Of a stretch of DNA of 64,000 nucleotides, positions 35,490 through 49,153 are shown one piece after another; position 1 is the first letter of the stretch, and every line of letters begins with the position of its first letter. The notes under the pieces are model-generated. The model saw nothing but the letters and a program-made list of their open reading frames with translations, did not search any database and was not told the DNA's origin. This stretch comes from Anaeromyxobacter sp. (lineage in GTDB: Bacteria; Myxococcota; Myxococcia; Myxococcales; Anaeromyxobacteraceae): NCBI GenBank assembly GCA_049840735.1, contig JASGJN010000017.1, positions 1 to 64,000 of the forward strand, in the 5' to 3' direction. The translations under genes and the position numbers were made by a program.

Positions 35490-36435
35490 CTAGAGCCAGC
35501 TCTTCTTCTTGAAAGATCAGGTACATCGCCGCCGGCAGCACCACCATGGCCACCAGCACCAGCGGGATGGCCACGTGCGGGTGGACGATCTCCAGGTTCA
35601 TCCCGAAGAAGCCGGCCAGGAAGTTGAGGGGGAGGAAGATGGTGGAGATGAGGGTGAGCCGCGCCATCACCGTCGAGAGCCGGTTGTTGGTGTGCGAGAG
35701 GTACGCGTCCATGGCGGAGGCCAGGAGCTCGCGCCCCATGTCCACCTCCTCGGTGAGGCGGACCGCGTGGTCCACCACGTCGCGGAAGTAGACCGAGGCC
35801 TGCGGCGTCACCAGCCCGAGCCCGGGCCGGGCCAGCGCGGCGAAGACCTCGCGCTGCGGCCCCAGCCGCTTGCGCAGCATGGCGTGCCCCCGGCGCCCCA
35901 GGATGATCCGGTCCAGCAGCTCCTGGTCGCGGTTGCTCTCGGGGCGCGTGAGGACCTCGTCGGCCAGCTCCTCCACGTCCTGCGAGAGCGCGTCCACCAG
36001 CGCGTAGTGCACGTCGGCCAGCGCGTCGTACACGAGGTAGAGCGCGAAGTCGGCGCCGCGCCCCAGCAGCTCAGGCTCGTGCGCGCAGCGGGCGAAGATC
36101 CGGTCCACCTCGCCGATGGGCGCGGAGTGGACCGTGACCAGCGCCTCCGGCGTGAGGAAGGCGTGCAGCTCGAACGCCATCAGCTCGGAGTCGTCCGGCG
36201 CCGGCATGACCCGGTGGACCACCAGGAACAGGTGATCGCCGTACTGCTCCCACTTCACCCGCTGGTCCTCGTGGGCGCAGTCCTCCAGCGCCAGGGGGTG
36301 GAAGTGGAACCGCTCGGCCAGGAAGGCCAGGTTCTCGGGGGTGGGCTGCATGTCCACCCAGAGCAGCGCGCCGGGCGCGGCGAACTCCTGCCCGCCCTGC
36401 TGCACCTTCCCGTCCTGGAACCGGAGCACCCGCAT
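35490..36435 (-). CDS. corA: CorA-family Mg2+/Co2+ transporter (frameshift near 35513)
   Basis: FHPLALED, YFRDVVDH, LTLISTIFLPLNFLAGFFGMN; corrected end IFKKKSWL*. Confidence 0.92.
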
Positions 36436-36489
36436 GCGCCCGCAGAGTACCGCGTGCGGTCGGGCGGGGGATGGTGTAATCGAGCCGTC

Positions 36490-36904
36490 ATGCGCCGGTT
36501 CCTGCCGACCCTCGCCACCGCCCTGGCCCTGGGCTGCGCTTCCCTGCCGCCAGGGCCTCCGGCGGAGCGCCCCGTGCCGCCGCCGCTGGGGCTGGGGGAA
36601 GCCCAGGCGCGGCAGGTGCTGGCCCGCTTCGTGGACGCCGGCGAGGCCGGGCGCTGGGACGAGGCCTGCGCGCTGCTCTCCGCGCGCTGGCGCGCGGTCT
36701 ACACCCCGGGGCGGCTGGCCCAGGACCAGGCCGGGGCCGGGCCGGTGGCCCGGGAGGCCGCGGCCCGGGTCAAGGCGGCGCTGGCCGCGGGGGCGCCGGT
36801 TCTCGATGGCCCGGCCCGGGCGCGCCTCGCTGGACGTCGGCCCGGGGCGGGCGGCGGTGGTGGTGGCGGAGGGGCAGGGCTGGCGGGTCGACGCGCTGGA
36901 GTGA
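36490..36904 (+). CDS. Small lipoprotein, unknown function (frameshift near 36800)
   Basis: MRRFLPTLATALALGC lipobox; corrected end EGQGWRVDALE*. Confidence 0.7.
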
Positions 36905-36955
36905 GGCGCGAGCGGCGTTGAGAACCCCCCGGTCGCCCGCTATAAAGGCGCGGCC

Positions 36956-38041
36956 ATGCCACTCGACAACCAGCACGCGCTCGAAGCCCTGAAGAAGGTC
37001 ATGGATCCCGAGCTGCACCGGGATCTCGTCTCCCTCGGGATGATCAAGGACCTGGCCGTCTCCGGTGAGGCCGTGAAGCTCAAGGTGGAGCTGACCACGC
37101 CGGCCTGTCCGCTCAAGGACACCATCGGCAAGGACGTCGAGGCCGCGCTCCGCGGCGCCGGGTTCACCAAGGTCGAGATCAGCTGGGGCGCGCAGGTCCG
37201 GGCCGCGCCCGGCGCGGCGCAGGGGCAGCTCACGCCGGGCGTGAAGAACATCGTGCTGGTCGGCGCCGGCAAGGGCGGCGTGGGCAAGAGCACCGTGGCC
37301 ATCAACGTGGCGGTCGGGCTGGCCAGGCTCGGCGCCAAGGTCGGCATCCTCGACGCCGACATCTACGGCCCCTCGGTGCCCATCCTCACCGGCATCACCG
37401 AGAAGCCCTCGTCGAGCGACGGCCAGCGGCTCGACCCGTTCACGGCCCACGGCATCAAGGTCATGTCCATCGGCTTCCTGATCGAGCCGGACCAGGCGCT
37501 GGTATGGCGCGGCCCCATGGTCACCGGCGCGCTCATCCAGCTGCTGCGCGACGTGAACTGGGGCGAGCTGGACTACCTGGTGCTGGACCTGCCGCCCGGC
37601 ACCGGCGACATCCCGCTGACCCTGGCCCAGAACGTCCGCGCCGCCGGCGTGGTGCTGGTCTCCACTCCGCAGGACGTGGCGCTGGCCGACGTCATCCGCG
37701 CCAAGCTCATGTTCGACAAGGTCTCCATCCCGGTGCTGGGGCTGGTGGAGAACATGTCCGCCTTCGTCTGCCCGCACTGCCGGCACGAGACCGCCATCTT
37801 CGACAAGGGCGGGGCCCGCACCGCGGCCGAGCGGATGGGCATCCCGTTCCTGGGCGAGGTGCCCATCGACCTCGCCATCCGCGAGGGCGGCGATCAGGGC
37901 GTGCCGGTGGTCGCCGGCAAGCCGGAGAGCCCGCAGGCGGAGGCCTTCCTGGCGGTGGCGCGGCAGGTGGCCGGGGCCGTCAGCAAGCAGGTCATGAAGG
38001 CGCCGCGCCTGCCGGTGATCGGCGCGCAGCCGCGCGCCTGA
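36956..38041 (+). CDS. apbC: Mrp/NBP35 Fe-S cluster carrier ATPase
   Basis: DPELHRDLV, LTTPACP, GKGGVGKST, DADIYGPS, DLPPGTGD, ENMSAFVCPHC. Confidence 0.95.
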   Translation: MPLDNQHALEALKKVMDPELHRDLVSLGMIKDLAVSGEAVKLKVELTTPACPLKDTIGKDVEAALRGAGFTKVEISWGAQVRAAPGAAQGQLTPGVKNIVLVGAGKGGVGKSTVAINVAVGLARLGAKVGILDADIYGPSVPILTGITEKPSSSDGQRLDPFTAHGIKVMSIGFLIEPDQALVWRGPMVTGALIQLLRDVNWGELDYLVLDLPPGTGDIPLTLAQNVRAAGVVLVSTPQDVALADVIRAKLMFDKVSIPVLGLVENMSAFVCPHCRHETAIFDKGGARTAAERMGIPFLGEVPIDLAIREGGDQGVPVVAGKPESPQAEAFLAVARQVAGAVSKQVMKAPRLPVIGAQPRA

Positions 38042-38052
38042 GGGGAGCGCAC

Positions 38053-38511
38053 ATGGCGCCCAACCCGTTCGACGACGATGCGGACCAGCCGGCGCCGCCC
38101 TCGGCGGAGGACGTGACCGGCGAGCCGGGCGGCGCAGCCGGCGCAGGGCGCAGCGGGCTCATCCCGGACGGCGTGAAGAAGGCGCTGCTGGCCGGCGTGG
38201 GCGCGCTCTTCATGACCGAGGAGGGCGCGCGCCGCCTGGCCCGCGACTGGAAGCTGCCCAAGGACGTGATCGGCTTCGTCGGGCAGCAGGCGCAGGGGGC
38301 GAAGGAGGAGATCCTCCGGGTCCTCTCGGAGGAGATCCGCCGCTTCCTCGAGTCCGAGGTGGTCCGGCGGGAGCTCGGCAAGCAGCTGGCGGGCATGGCC
38401 ATCGAGGTGAACGCCGAGATCCGCTTCCGTCCGGTGGACGGCGAGGCGCCGCGCCCGGAGGTGAAGGCGCGCGTGCAGCCTCGCCGGCGCGCCAAGAAGA
38501 GGCGCGGGTGA
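38053..38511 (+). CDS. Hypothetical protein
   Basis: ATG with GGAG RBS; KKALLAGVGALFMTEEG..KLPKD; coupled to the next gene. Confidence 0.7.
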   Translation: MAPNPFDDDADQPAPPSAEDVTGEPGGAAGAGRSGLIPDGVKKALLAGVGALFMTEEGARRLARDWKLPKDVIGFVGQQAQGAKEEILRVLSEEIRRFLESEVVRRELGKQLAGMAIEVNAEIRFRPVDGEAPRPEVKARVQPRRRAKKRRG

Positions 38512-38840
38512 AGCGGGCGGCCAAGCTGCTCCTCGTGCTGGGTGCGCTGGGCGTGGGCTGGCTGCTCTTCGCCGAGGGCCCCCGCGAGCTGGTGCTGGTC
38601 TACGACCTGGGCCACCTCGGCCCGGCCGACCTGACCGTGGACCTGCTGCGCGGCCCGGAGCTGGTGCGCCACGCCGAGTTCCACCTCGACGCCGGGAGCC
38701 AGCAGGTGCGCCACGCCGTCAAGCTCCCCGACGGCGACTACCGGCTGCGCTGGGCCACGCGCGGAGCCGCCGCGGCCCAGGGGGAGCGGACCGTCGAGGT
38801 GCGCGAGGCGGGGACGCAGGTCTTCTCGCTCGCCCCCTGA
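38508..38840 (+). CDS. Small membrane-anchored hypothetical protein
   Basis: GTGA overlap; N-terminal TM helix. Confidence 0.6.
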   Translation: MKRAAKLLLVLGALGVGWLLFAEGPRELVLVYDLGHLGPADLTVDLLRGPELVRHAEFHLDAGSQQVRHAVKLPDGDYRLRWATRGAAAAQGERTVEVREAGTQVFSLAP

Positions 38841-38900
38841 GCGGCCAGGCGGGCGGTCGCGCGCCATGCACCGCGGCGGCTGCGGCAGCAACGTTGGCCG

Positions 38901-39470
38901 GTGATCGACCTGCACTTCGTGGCCCCCGGGCTGGCGGTGGGGGCGCGCTATCCCATGGAGGCCGCCGCCCGGCTGGCGCGGGAGCACCGGATCGCCCGGG
39001 TGATCGACGTCCGCGTCGAGGCCTGCGACGACGAGGTCCTGCTGCGGGTGCACGGCATCCGCCTGCTGCACCTGCCCACCGAGGACTGCCGCGCCGTGTC
39101 CCAGCGGCGCCTGCGGGACGGCGTCGCCTTCGCGCTGGAGGGGCTGGAGCGCGGGGAGGGGGTCTTCATCCATTGCCAGTACGGCATCGGCCGCAGCGCG
39201 CTGCTCACGCTGTGCGTGCTGGTGGCCCGGGGCGGAGCGCCGCTCCAGGCGCTGGAGGAGCTCAAGCGCGCGCGCCCGGTGGTGTCTCCCAGCCCGGAGC
39301 AGCTGGAGGCCTTCATGGCGTTCAGCGGACGGCTGCGGGCCGAGCGAGGAGCCACCTGGCCAGTCCCCACGCTCGAGGAGCTGGGCGCCATCGCGTGGCG
39401 CCACCTGCGCGACGGAGAGGGCGTGGTGGATCTGGAGACGGCCGCGGCCGGTGCCACACAGGCAGGCTAA
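38901..39470 (+). CDS. Dual-specificity protein phosphatase family protein
   Basis: HCQYGIGRS CX5R P-loop; LPTED acid loop; PSPEQ. Confidence 0.88.
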   Translation: MIDLHFVAPGLAVGARYPMEAAARLAREHRIARVIDVRVEACDDEVLLRVHGIRLLHLPTEDCRAVSQRRLRDGVAFALEGLERGEGVFIHCQYGIGRSALLTLCVLVARGGAPLQALEELKRARPVVSPSPEQLEAFMAFSGRLRAERGATWPVPTLEELGAIAWRHLRDGEGVVDLETAAAGATQAG

Positions 39471-39703
39471 AACCCGTCCGGATACCCACCTCGGCGGCTA
39501 CGGGATTACCCAGGGTGGACAAGAACCCCTGCCCGTGGAGGACTTCCACGCTGCTGAAATCCGGTGCTTCCCGCGTGATCACAGTCGCTTGCGCCGGTTC
39601 GGCGTTCGCACGCAAACGGTCACGTCCAGGCCAGGTTCTGGCATCCCAGGGTCCTGCCCGCCCGATCCCCTGATCCGGGGACGCGGCGGCTGGAGCAGAC
39701 CAC

Positions 39704-42700
39704 GTGACCCTCCGCGCCACCTCGCTTCGCCACAAGCTGGTCTACCTCGGCATCCTCCCGCCAGCCGTGCTGACGCTGGTGTTCCTGGCCGTCCTCTTCA
39801 CGGCCAACCTCGTGGCCAGCCGCCGCGTCTCGAGCACCGTGGCGGAGCTGGCGGAGGGCAACCTGGATCGGGCGGCGCGCGACGTGCGGCTGCTCTGCGA
39901 CACGGCCCACGCCGAGCTGACCCGCCACCTCGACGCCAGCCTGCGGGTGGTCCGCGACGCCGCCGACCGCGCCGGCGGGATCTCGCCGGAGGCGAGGGGC
40001 CAGCCCATCCGCTGGACCGCGGTGAGCCAGGTGGACGGGCGCACCATCGAGATCGCGCTGCCGCGCATGCTGGCCGGGAAGGCGTGGCTGGGGCAGGTGG
40101 AGGCCCTCGACCAGCCGGTGCCGGTGGTGGACGACGCGGCCCGCCTGAGCGGCGCCGCCGTCACGGTCTTCCAGCGCATGAACCCGGCCGGCGACATGCT
40201 CCGCGTGGCCACCACCGTGCGCAAGGAAGGGCAGCGCGCGGTGGGCACCTTCATCCCGGCGGCGGGGGCCGACGGCCAGCCCACGCCGGTCGTCGCCGAG
40301 GTGCTGGCCGGGCGCACCTACCGCGGCCGCGCCTTCGTGGTGGACGCCTGGTACCTGACGGTCTACGCGCCGCTCAGGGACGCCAGCGGCGGCGTGGTGG
40401 GGATGCTCTTCGTCGGCCAGCGGCAGGACGGCGTGGAGGCGCTGCGCACGGCCATCCAGGAGATGCGCATCGGCCGGACGGGCTCGGTGCGCGTGGTCGG
40501 CGGCAAGGGGAGCCAGCGCGGCAAGGTGGTGATCGCGCCGGCCGGCCAGGAGGCCGGGGCGGCGCTGCTGGAGAGCCCGCCCGAGGCGAAGGCCTCAGCC
40601 GAGGCGCTGATCGCGAGCGCCACGGCGCTGGAAGGCGAGGCGCTGGCCCGTCACGCGCCGGCGTCGGTGGACGGGCGCGCCCAGGTGGCCTCGGTCTCCT
40701 ACTTCGAGCCATGGGACTGGATCGTCGTGGCCCAGATGGACGCGGCGGAGGCGGTGGAGGTCGCCGACGGCCTGGGGCGGACGCTCCGCCTGGCCGCGCT
40801 GCTCGCGATCCTGGCCGCGGCGGCGCTGCTGGCTGGCTCGACCGTGCTGGCCATGCGCAGCGCGCGCCGGCTGGCCGCCCCGGTGGAGGAGATGGCGCGC
40901 GCGGGCGAGGCCATCGCCGCGGGTGACACCACGCTGGAGGTCGAGCACCGCGGAGCGGACGAGGTGGGCCGGCTGGCCGACGCCTTCCGCGGGCTCATCG
41001 ACTACGTCCGCGACAGCACGCGCGCCGCGGAGGGGATCGCCGCCGGCGACCTGGACATCGCGCTCACGCCTCGCTCCGAGGCCGACGCGCTCACCCGCAG
41101 CCTGGCCCGGGCCCAGGCGGAGCTGCGCCGCCTGCGCGAGGTCACCACCCACCTCTCCGCCGCGGCGGTGGAGGGACGGCTGGGCGAGCGGGGCGACGCG
41201 GAGTCGTTCGCCGGCGCCTACCGGGAGGTGGTGCGGGGCATGAACGACACGCTGGACGCGCTGATCATGCCGCTGGGCGTGGCCGCGGCGCAGGTGGAGC
41301 GGCTGGCCGGCGGCGACATCCCGCCGCCGCTCGGGGTGGGCTGGCAGGGCGACTTCGCCGGCGTGGAGAGCAGCCTCGATCGCTGCAGCGCGGCCATCCG
41401 GGCGCTCTCCGAGGACACCCAGGCGCTGGCCGCCGCGGCGGTGGCCGGGCAGCTGGCCACCCGGGCCGACGCCGGGCGCCACGGCGGCGAGTTCCGCCGC
41501 ATCGTGGAGGGCGTGAACGGCGCGCTCGACGCGGTCACCGGCCCGCTCTCGACCGCGGCCGCCGAGCTGGATCGGGTCTCGCGCGGCCAGCTGCCGGAGC
41601 GGATCGAGGGGAGCTTCCCGGGCGACTTCGCGGCGGTGCGCGACAGCCTGGCCCGCGCCGCCGGCGCGGTCTCGGCGCTGGTGGCCGACGTGGACGCGCT
41701 GGCGCGGGAGGCGGTGGAGGGGCACCTGTCGGTCCGCGCCGATCCGGCGCGCCACCAGGGCGACTACCGGCGCATCGTGGAGGGGTTCAACCGCACCCTG
41801 GACGCCGCGGTGGCGCCGGTGGACGACGCCACCCAGGTGCTGGAGCGGATGGCGGCGCGCGACCTGCGCGCCCGCGTGGAGGGCGCCTACGCCGGCGACC
41901 ACGCGCGGCTGAAGGAGGCGGTGAACGCCTCGGCGGAGGCGCTCGCGGAGGCGCTGGCCTCGGTCTCCGAGGCGGCCAGCCAGGTCTCCGGCGCGGCCAC
42001 CCAGAATCGCCAGCTCCAGCCAGGCGGTGGCCTCCGGCGCCTCCGAGCAGGCCCGCTCGACCGCCGAGATCTCGCAGAAGGTGGAGGTGATCGCCTCCGA
42101 GGCCGGCCAGACGGTCCAGCGCGCGGACCAGGCGGCCCGCATCGTGGGCGGGGCGCAGGTCTCGGCCAGCGACGGCGCGGCCGCGGCGCAGGCCATGTCG
42201 GCGGCGCTGGAGAAGATCCGGGCCGCGGCGCAGGGCACGGCCGTGATCCTCCGCGACATGAGCGACATCGCCTTCCAGACCAACCTGCTGGCCCTCAACG
42301 CCGCGGTGGAGGCGGCCCGGGCCGGCGACGCCGGGCGCGGCTTCGCGGTGGTGGCCGAGGAGGTCCGCTCGCTGGCCCTCCGCTCCAAGCAGGCGGCGGC
42401 CCGCACCGAGAAGATCATCGCCGAGACGGTCAAGGAGACCGAGGGCGGCGCGGCCGCCGGCGCGGCGCTGGCCGGCCGGCTGCAGGCCATCGGCAGCACG
42501 GTGGCGCAGGCGGTGGAGGTGGTGGCCGGCATCCGGCAGGCCGCCGGCCGCCAGGCCTCGGCCGTGGATGGCGTGACCCGCGCGGTGGGCGAGATGGACC
42601 GGGTCACCCAGGGCAACGCCGCCAGCGCCGAGGAGACCAGCGCCGCGGTCAACGAGCTGTCCGGCCAGGCCGACACGCTGGCGGCCATGGTGGGGCAGTT

Positions 42701-42725
42701 CGAGCTGCCGGAGAAGCAGGCCTAG
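39704..42725 (+). CDS. Methyl-accepting chemotaxis protein (Cache sensor, poly-HAMP; frameshift near 42005)
   Basis: Two TM helices around a Cache-like domain ([16 protein letters not shown]); ~92-aa repeated HAMP pairs; [32 protein letters not shown]. Confidence 0.93.
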
Positions 42726-44990
42726 CCGCCGGCCGGGGGCGGAGGCGCCGCGGGCGCCTGCGCGGCGGCCGCCGCCACCGGGTCGGCCCGCAGGCTGAAG
42801 CGGAAGGTGGTGCCGCGGCCGGGGCGGGAGCGGACCTTCACCTCGCCGCCGTGCGCCTCGACGATCTCCTTCACGATGGCGAGCCCGATCCCCAGCGCGC
42901 CGCCCTTGCGGCCGGACTGGTCGTCGCGCACCTGGTAGAGCCGATCGAAGATGTGGCCCAGGTGCTCGGGCGCGATGCCGGCGCCCTGGTCGCTCACCGC
43001 CACCTCGACCAGGCCGGGCGCGGGTCTCGGCGGCGGCCACGTGCACCGCGCCGTTCTCCGGGCTGTACCGCTCGGCGTTGGCGATCAGGTTGACCAGCAC
43101 CTGCTGCACGCGGTCGCGGTCGGCCCACACGCGCGGGGTGCCGCGGCGGACGCGGGCGCGGATGGTGAGGCCGCGCTCGGCGAAGCGCGGGGCCAGGGCC
43201 AGCACGGCCTGGCGCAGCACCTCGGCCACCTCCACCGCCTCGAAGGCGTAGGACTCGCGCGAGAGGGCGTGGCGCGACAGCTCCAGCAGCTCGTCGATGA
43301 AGGCCTTGAGCCGGCGGCCGCTCTGGGCCACCACCTGCAGCGCCGAGCGCTGGCGCGGGACCAGCTCGCCCAGCTTCTCGCCCAGCATGAGATCGGTGTA
43401 GCCGAGGATGGTGACCAGCGGCGTGCGCAGCTCGTGCGAGACGTTGGCGACGAAGTTGTCCTTCTGCTGGTGGGCGGCCTGCAGCTCGGTCACGGCGCGC
43501 GTCAGCTCCTGGGTGCGCCGGGCCACCTCGGTCTCCAGGCGGGCGCGCTCCTCGCGCAGGGCGCCGAAGAGGCGGGCCTTCTCCAGCGCGATGGAGGCCT
43601 GCAGCGCGAAGGCGTCGATGGCCTCGGGATCGCTCTTGCGGGCCTGCGGCGCGGCCACCGCCAGCACGCCCACCGGGCGCCCCTCGCGCCGCAGCGGCGC
43701 CAGGATCACCCGCCGCACCTTGAGCAGCCGGTAGAGCCGGCGCAGCTCGCGCTCGCCGGCCCCGCCCAGCAGCTCCTGCACCGCGCGGCGCGGCTCGTCG
43801 GTGTGGACGGTGCGCCGCTCGGTCAGGCAGCGCCGGACCAGCGGGGCCTCCAGCGGGTCGATCCGGACCGCGCCCAGCGGCCTCCCCAGCGCGCGGTCGA
43901 TGGCGGTGCGCAGGCCGGGGGCGAAGGAGAGGAAGCGCCAGGCCAGGCCGGAGGTGCCGTCCAGCGTGGGGCCCAGCACGCCGCAGTGGAAGCCGAGCCG
44001 CGCCAGCTCGCGCCCCAGCACGCCGTACATGGCGGTCTCGTCGGTCTCCACCATCAGGTGGGCGCCGGCCAGGTGGAGCGCGGCCAGCGTCTCCTTGGCC
44101 TGCCGCAGGTCGGCCAGCGCCTTGCGCTCGCGGGTGGTGTCGCGGGCGATGACGTGGAGCACCGGCCGGCCGTCCACCTCGATGTGCGAGGACGTGACCG
44201 CCACCGGCACCGGCCCGCCGCGCCGCCGCTTGAGCACGGCCTCGTCCTCGCGCACCACCGCGCCGCTGGAGAGGCGCGCCAGCAGGGTGGGCGGGTCGAG
44301 CAGCGGGTGCTCGATGAGCTTGCCCAGCGAGAGCCGGCGCAGCTCGGCCCGGGTCTGGCCGGTCACCTCCAGCACCTTCTGGTTGCCGTCGAGGATCCGG
44401 CCGGACTGCGCGTCCACCACCAGGATGGCCTCGCCCGCGCCCTCCTGCAGCGCGCGGTACATGGCGTTGCGGCCGGCAATCTCCTGCCGGAACCCCTCCG
44501 CCTCGAGCCGCGCCGCCGCCAGCCGGGCCACCGCGTCCAGGCCGCGCTCCGCCACGCCGCGCTGGCGACCGGAGAGGACCACCCGGAGCACGGTGATCTC
44601 CTCCGGCGCGAAGGTGAGGCGCAGGAAGGCCGACTGGAGGTGGGTGGCGCCCGGCTCGAGCCCCAGCCAGAGGAGATCCACCAGGTCCTGCTCGCAGGCC
44701 GAGGTGACGCGCGCCGGCCCGTTCTCCGCCAGCAGCGTCACGGCTGGGGCGTGTCCGGGTTCCGCCAGGAGCTTCTCGGTGACCCGGTTCCGGGCGGGGC
44801 CGGACAGGAGGGCCAGGCCGTCCACGGCCAGCGTCTCCGCCGTCACTTCGCCGGCGCGGCTCCGCACCACCAGCAGCTGCACCAGTGGGGAGGCCGTGAC
44901 CCGGGCCGCGTCGCGGGCGATCTCGCGGTGGATTCGAAGCATCTGGAGGGAGCACGAGCACGCCCCTAGCGAGGTCGCGCATCCACTCAT
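42722..44990 (-). CDS. PAS/GAF sensor histidine kinase (frameshift near 43022)
   Basis: PAS (EAILVVD..GRILDGN), [32 protein letters not shown]; start uncertain. Confidence 0.9.
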
Positions 44991-45015
44991 GGATGGTCCC
45001 ATGCTCTGACGCTCG

Positions 45016-45045
45016 TTGACAAGCGAGTCAGCCGTTCCTTACAAG
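45016..45045 (+). promoter_or_regulatory. Putative sigma70 promoter with overlapping TGAC-N6-GTCA dyad, upstream of the acyl-CoA operon
   Basis: TTGACA-N18-TACAAG; TGACAAGCGAGTCA overlaps the -35. Confidence 0.45.
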
Positions 45046-45121
45046 CCGGGCGGATCGTCGCGGTTCCAGGTCGGCTGCAGTCCCCAGCGGGGCACTGTCG
45101 GGACGCCCCAGGAGGCTTTCG

Positions 45122-45976
<855 letters not shown>

Positions 45977-45979
45977 GCC

Positions 45980-46759
45980 ATGACGCTCGAGAACATCCTC
46001 TGGAAGGTCGAGGACGGGGTCGGCGTCGCCACCTTCAACCGGCCCAAGGTCCTCAACGCGCTCGACGCGCGCACGGTGGACGAGCTCTCGGCGGTGGTGG
46101 CCGAGGTGGAGGCGGGCGCGGCGCGGGCCCTGGTGCTGACCGGCGGCGGCGAGAAGGCCTTCGTGGCGGGCGCGGACATCGCCGCCATGTCCACCATGAC
46201 CGCCACCGAGGCGCGCGCCTTCGCCGAGCGGATGCACCGCGTGCTGGACCGCATGGAGGCGCTGGCGGTGCCCACGCTGGCGGCGGTGAACGGCTTCGCG
46301 CTGGGCGGCGGGTGCGAGGTGGCGCTGGCCTGCGACCTGGTCTACGCCGGCGAGCGGGCGCGCTTCGGGCAGCCGGAGGTGAACCTGGGGCTGGTGCCGG
46401 GGTTCGGCGGCTCGCAGCGGCTGGCGCGCCGGGTCGGCAGCATGGCGGCCATGGAGCTGGTGCTGACCGGCGATCCCATCGACGCCGCGCGGGCGCGCGA
46501 GCTGGGGCTGGTGCTGGCGGTGCTGCCGCCGGAGCAGCTCCTGCCGCACGTGCTGGGGCAGGCCCGGAAGATCGCCTCCCGCGGGCCGGTGGCGGTGGCG
46601 CAGGCCAAGCGGCTGGTCAGGGTGGGGCTGGACGGGCCGCTCTCGACCGGCAACGAGCTGGAGCGGCAGGCGTTCTCGGCGGTGTTCGCCACCGAGGACG
46701 CGCGCGAGGGGATGCGGGCCTTCCTGGAGAAGCGGCCCGCGCAGTTCCAGGGACGCTAG
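45980..46759 (+). CDS. crt: Enoyl-CoA hydratase (crotonase)
   Basis: NRPKVLNAL, KAFVAGADI, ALGGGCE, FGQPEVNLG..PGFGG. Confidence 0.9.
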   Translation: MTLENILWKVEDGVGVATFNRPKVLNALDARTVDELSAVVAEVEAGAARALVLTGGGEKAFVAGADIAAMSTMTATEARAFAERMHRVLDRMEALAVPTLAAVNGFALGGGCEVALACDLVYAGERARFGQPEVNLGLVPGFGGSQRLARRVGSMAAMELVLTGDPIDAARARELGLVLAVLPPEQLLPHVLGQARKIASRGPVAVAQAKRLVRVGLDGPLSTGNELERQAFSAVFATEDAREGMRAFLEKRPAQFQGR

Positions 46760-46783
46760 ACACTTCACCAAGCGAGGATCGAC

Positions 46784-47926
<1,143 letters not shown>

Positions 47927-47936
47927 ATCCGGCGCC

Positions 47937-49088
47937 GTGGACTTCGACCTGAGCGAAACCCAGCGGGCGGTCCAGGAGACCGCCCGCGCGTACGCCCGCG
48001 AGCGGATCGCCCCGGCCGCGGCCGCCAACGATCAGGCCGGCCGCTTCCCGGTCGAGCTCGTCCGCGGGCTGGGCGAGCTGGGACTGCTGGCCGTCAACGT
48101 GCCGGCCGAGCACGGCGGCTCCGAGGCCGGCGCGGTGGCCTACGCGCTCGCGCTGATGGAGATCGCCGCCGCGGACCCGGCGGTGTCCACCACCATGGCC
48201 GTCACCAACATGGTGGCGGAGACCATCGCGCGCTGGGGCACCGAGGCGCAGCGCGCCCGCCACCTGCCGAAGCTGGCCAGCGCGGAGCACCTGGCCGGCG
48301 CGTTCGGCCTCTCCGAGCCGCAGTCAGGCAGCGACGCGGCCAGCATGACCACCCGGGCCACGCGGCGCGGCGACGGCTGGGTGCTGGACGGCGCCAAGCA
48401 GTGGATCACCTCCGGCGACGTGGCCGGGGTGATGGTGGTCTGGGCCAAGACCGACCCGGCCGCCGGCCACAAGGGCGTCACCGCCTTCCTGGTCGAGGCC
48501 GGGACGCCGGGGCTGGAGGTGGGGCGGCACGAGGACAAGCTGGGGCTGCGCGCCAGCTCCACCGTCTCGCTCACGTTCGACGGCTGCGCGGTTCCCGACG
48601 AGGCGCGGCTGGGCGGCGTGGGGGAGGGGTTCCGGATCGCCCTCTCGGCCCTGGACGGCGGCCGCATCGGGATCTCCGCCCAGGCCGCCGGGACCATGAC
48701 GGCCGCGCTGGAGGCCAGCGTCCGGTACGCGAAGGACCGGCGCAGCTTCGGCGTGCCCATCGCCGACCACCAGGCCATCCAGTTCATGCTGGCCGACATG
48801 GCCACCGCGCGCGACACCGCCAGGCTGCTCTGCCTGCGGGCGGCCAGCCTCAAGGAGGCCGGGCGGCCGTTCACCCGCGAGGCCGCCATGGCCAAGGTCT
48901 GGGCCTCCGAGGCGTCGCAGAAGGTGGTCAGCCAGGCCGTGCAGATCCACGGCGGCTACGGCTACACCGACGACTTCCCGGTGGCGAAGCTGTTCCGCGA
49001 CGCGCGGGTGCAGACCATCTACGAGGGGACCAGCGAGATCCAGCGGCTGGTGATCGCGCGGGAGCTGCTGAAGGGCGCCCAGTCGTAG
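47937..49088 (+). CDS. Acyl-CoA dehydrogenase (second paralog)
   Basis: FGLSEPQSGSD, GAKQWIT, LDGGRIGI, QIHGGYGY, IYEGTSEIQ. Confidence 0.95.
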   Translation: MDFDLSETQRAVQETARAYARERIAPAAAANDQAGRFPVELVRGLGELGLLAVNVPAEHGGSEAGAVAYALALMEIAAADPAVSTTMAVTNMVAETIARWGTEAQRARHLPKLASAEHLAGAFGLSEPQSGSDAASMTTRATRRGDGWVLDGAKQWITSGDVAGVMVVWAKTDPAAGHKGVTAFLVEAGTPGLEVGRHEDKLGLRASSTVSLTFDGCAVPDEARLGGVGEGFRIALSALDGGRIGISAQAAGTMTAALEASVRYAKDRRSFGVPIADHQAIQFMLADMATARDTARLLCLRAASLKEAGRPFTREAAMAKVWASEASQKVVSQAVQIHGGYGYTDDFPVAKLFRDARVQTIYEGTSEIQRLVIARELLKGAQS

Positions 49089-49097
49089 CCTGAAGCG

Positions 49098-49134
49098 CAG
49101 CGAGCCGGCCGGGCGTACCCGGACCGGCTCGCTG
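49098..49134. terminator. Long GC hairpin between convergent acd and ribA
   Basis: CAGCGAGCCGG-CCGGG-CGTA-CCCGG-A-CCGGCTCGCTG; no U-tract. Confidence 0.5.
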
Positions 49135-49153
49135 GCGAGGCGCGCGCGCTGGC

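Noticed and set aside
39465..39700. c-di-GMP/cGAMP (GEMM-I) riboswitch upstream of the MCP
   Set aside because: Fragments (CTAAAACC, CGGGATTACC) resemble it, but the GNRA-capped stem and GCAAAGC/GGAAAGC junction are missing
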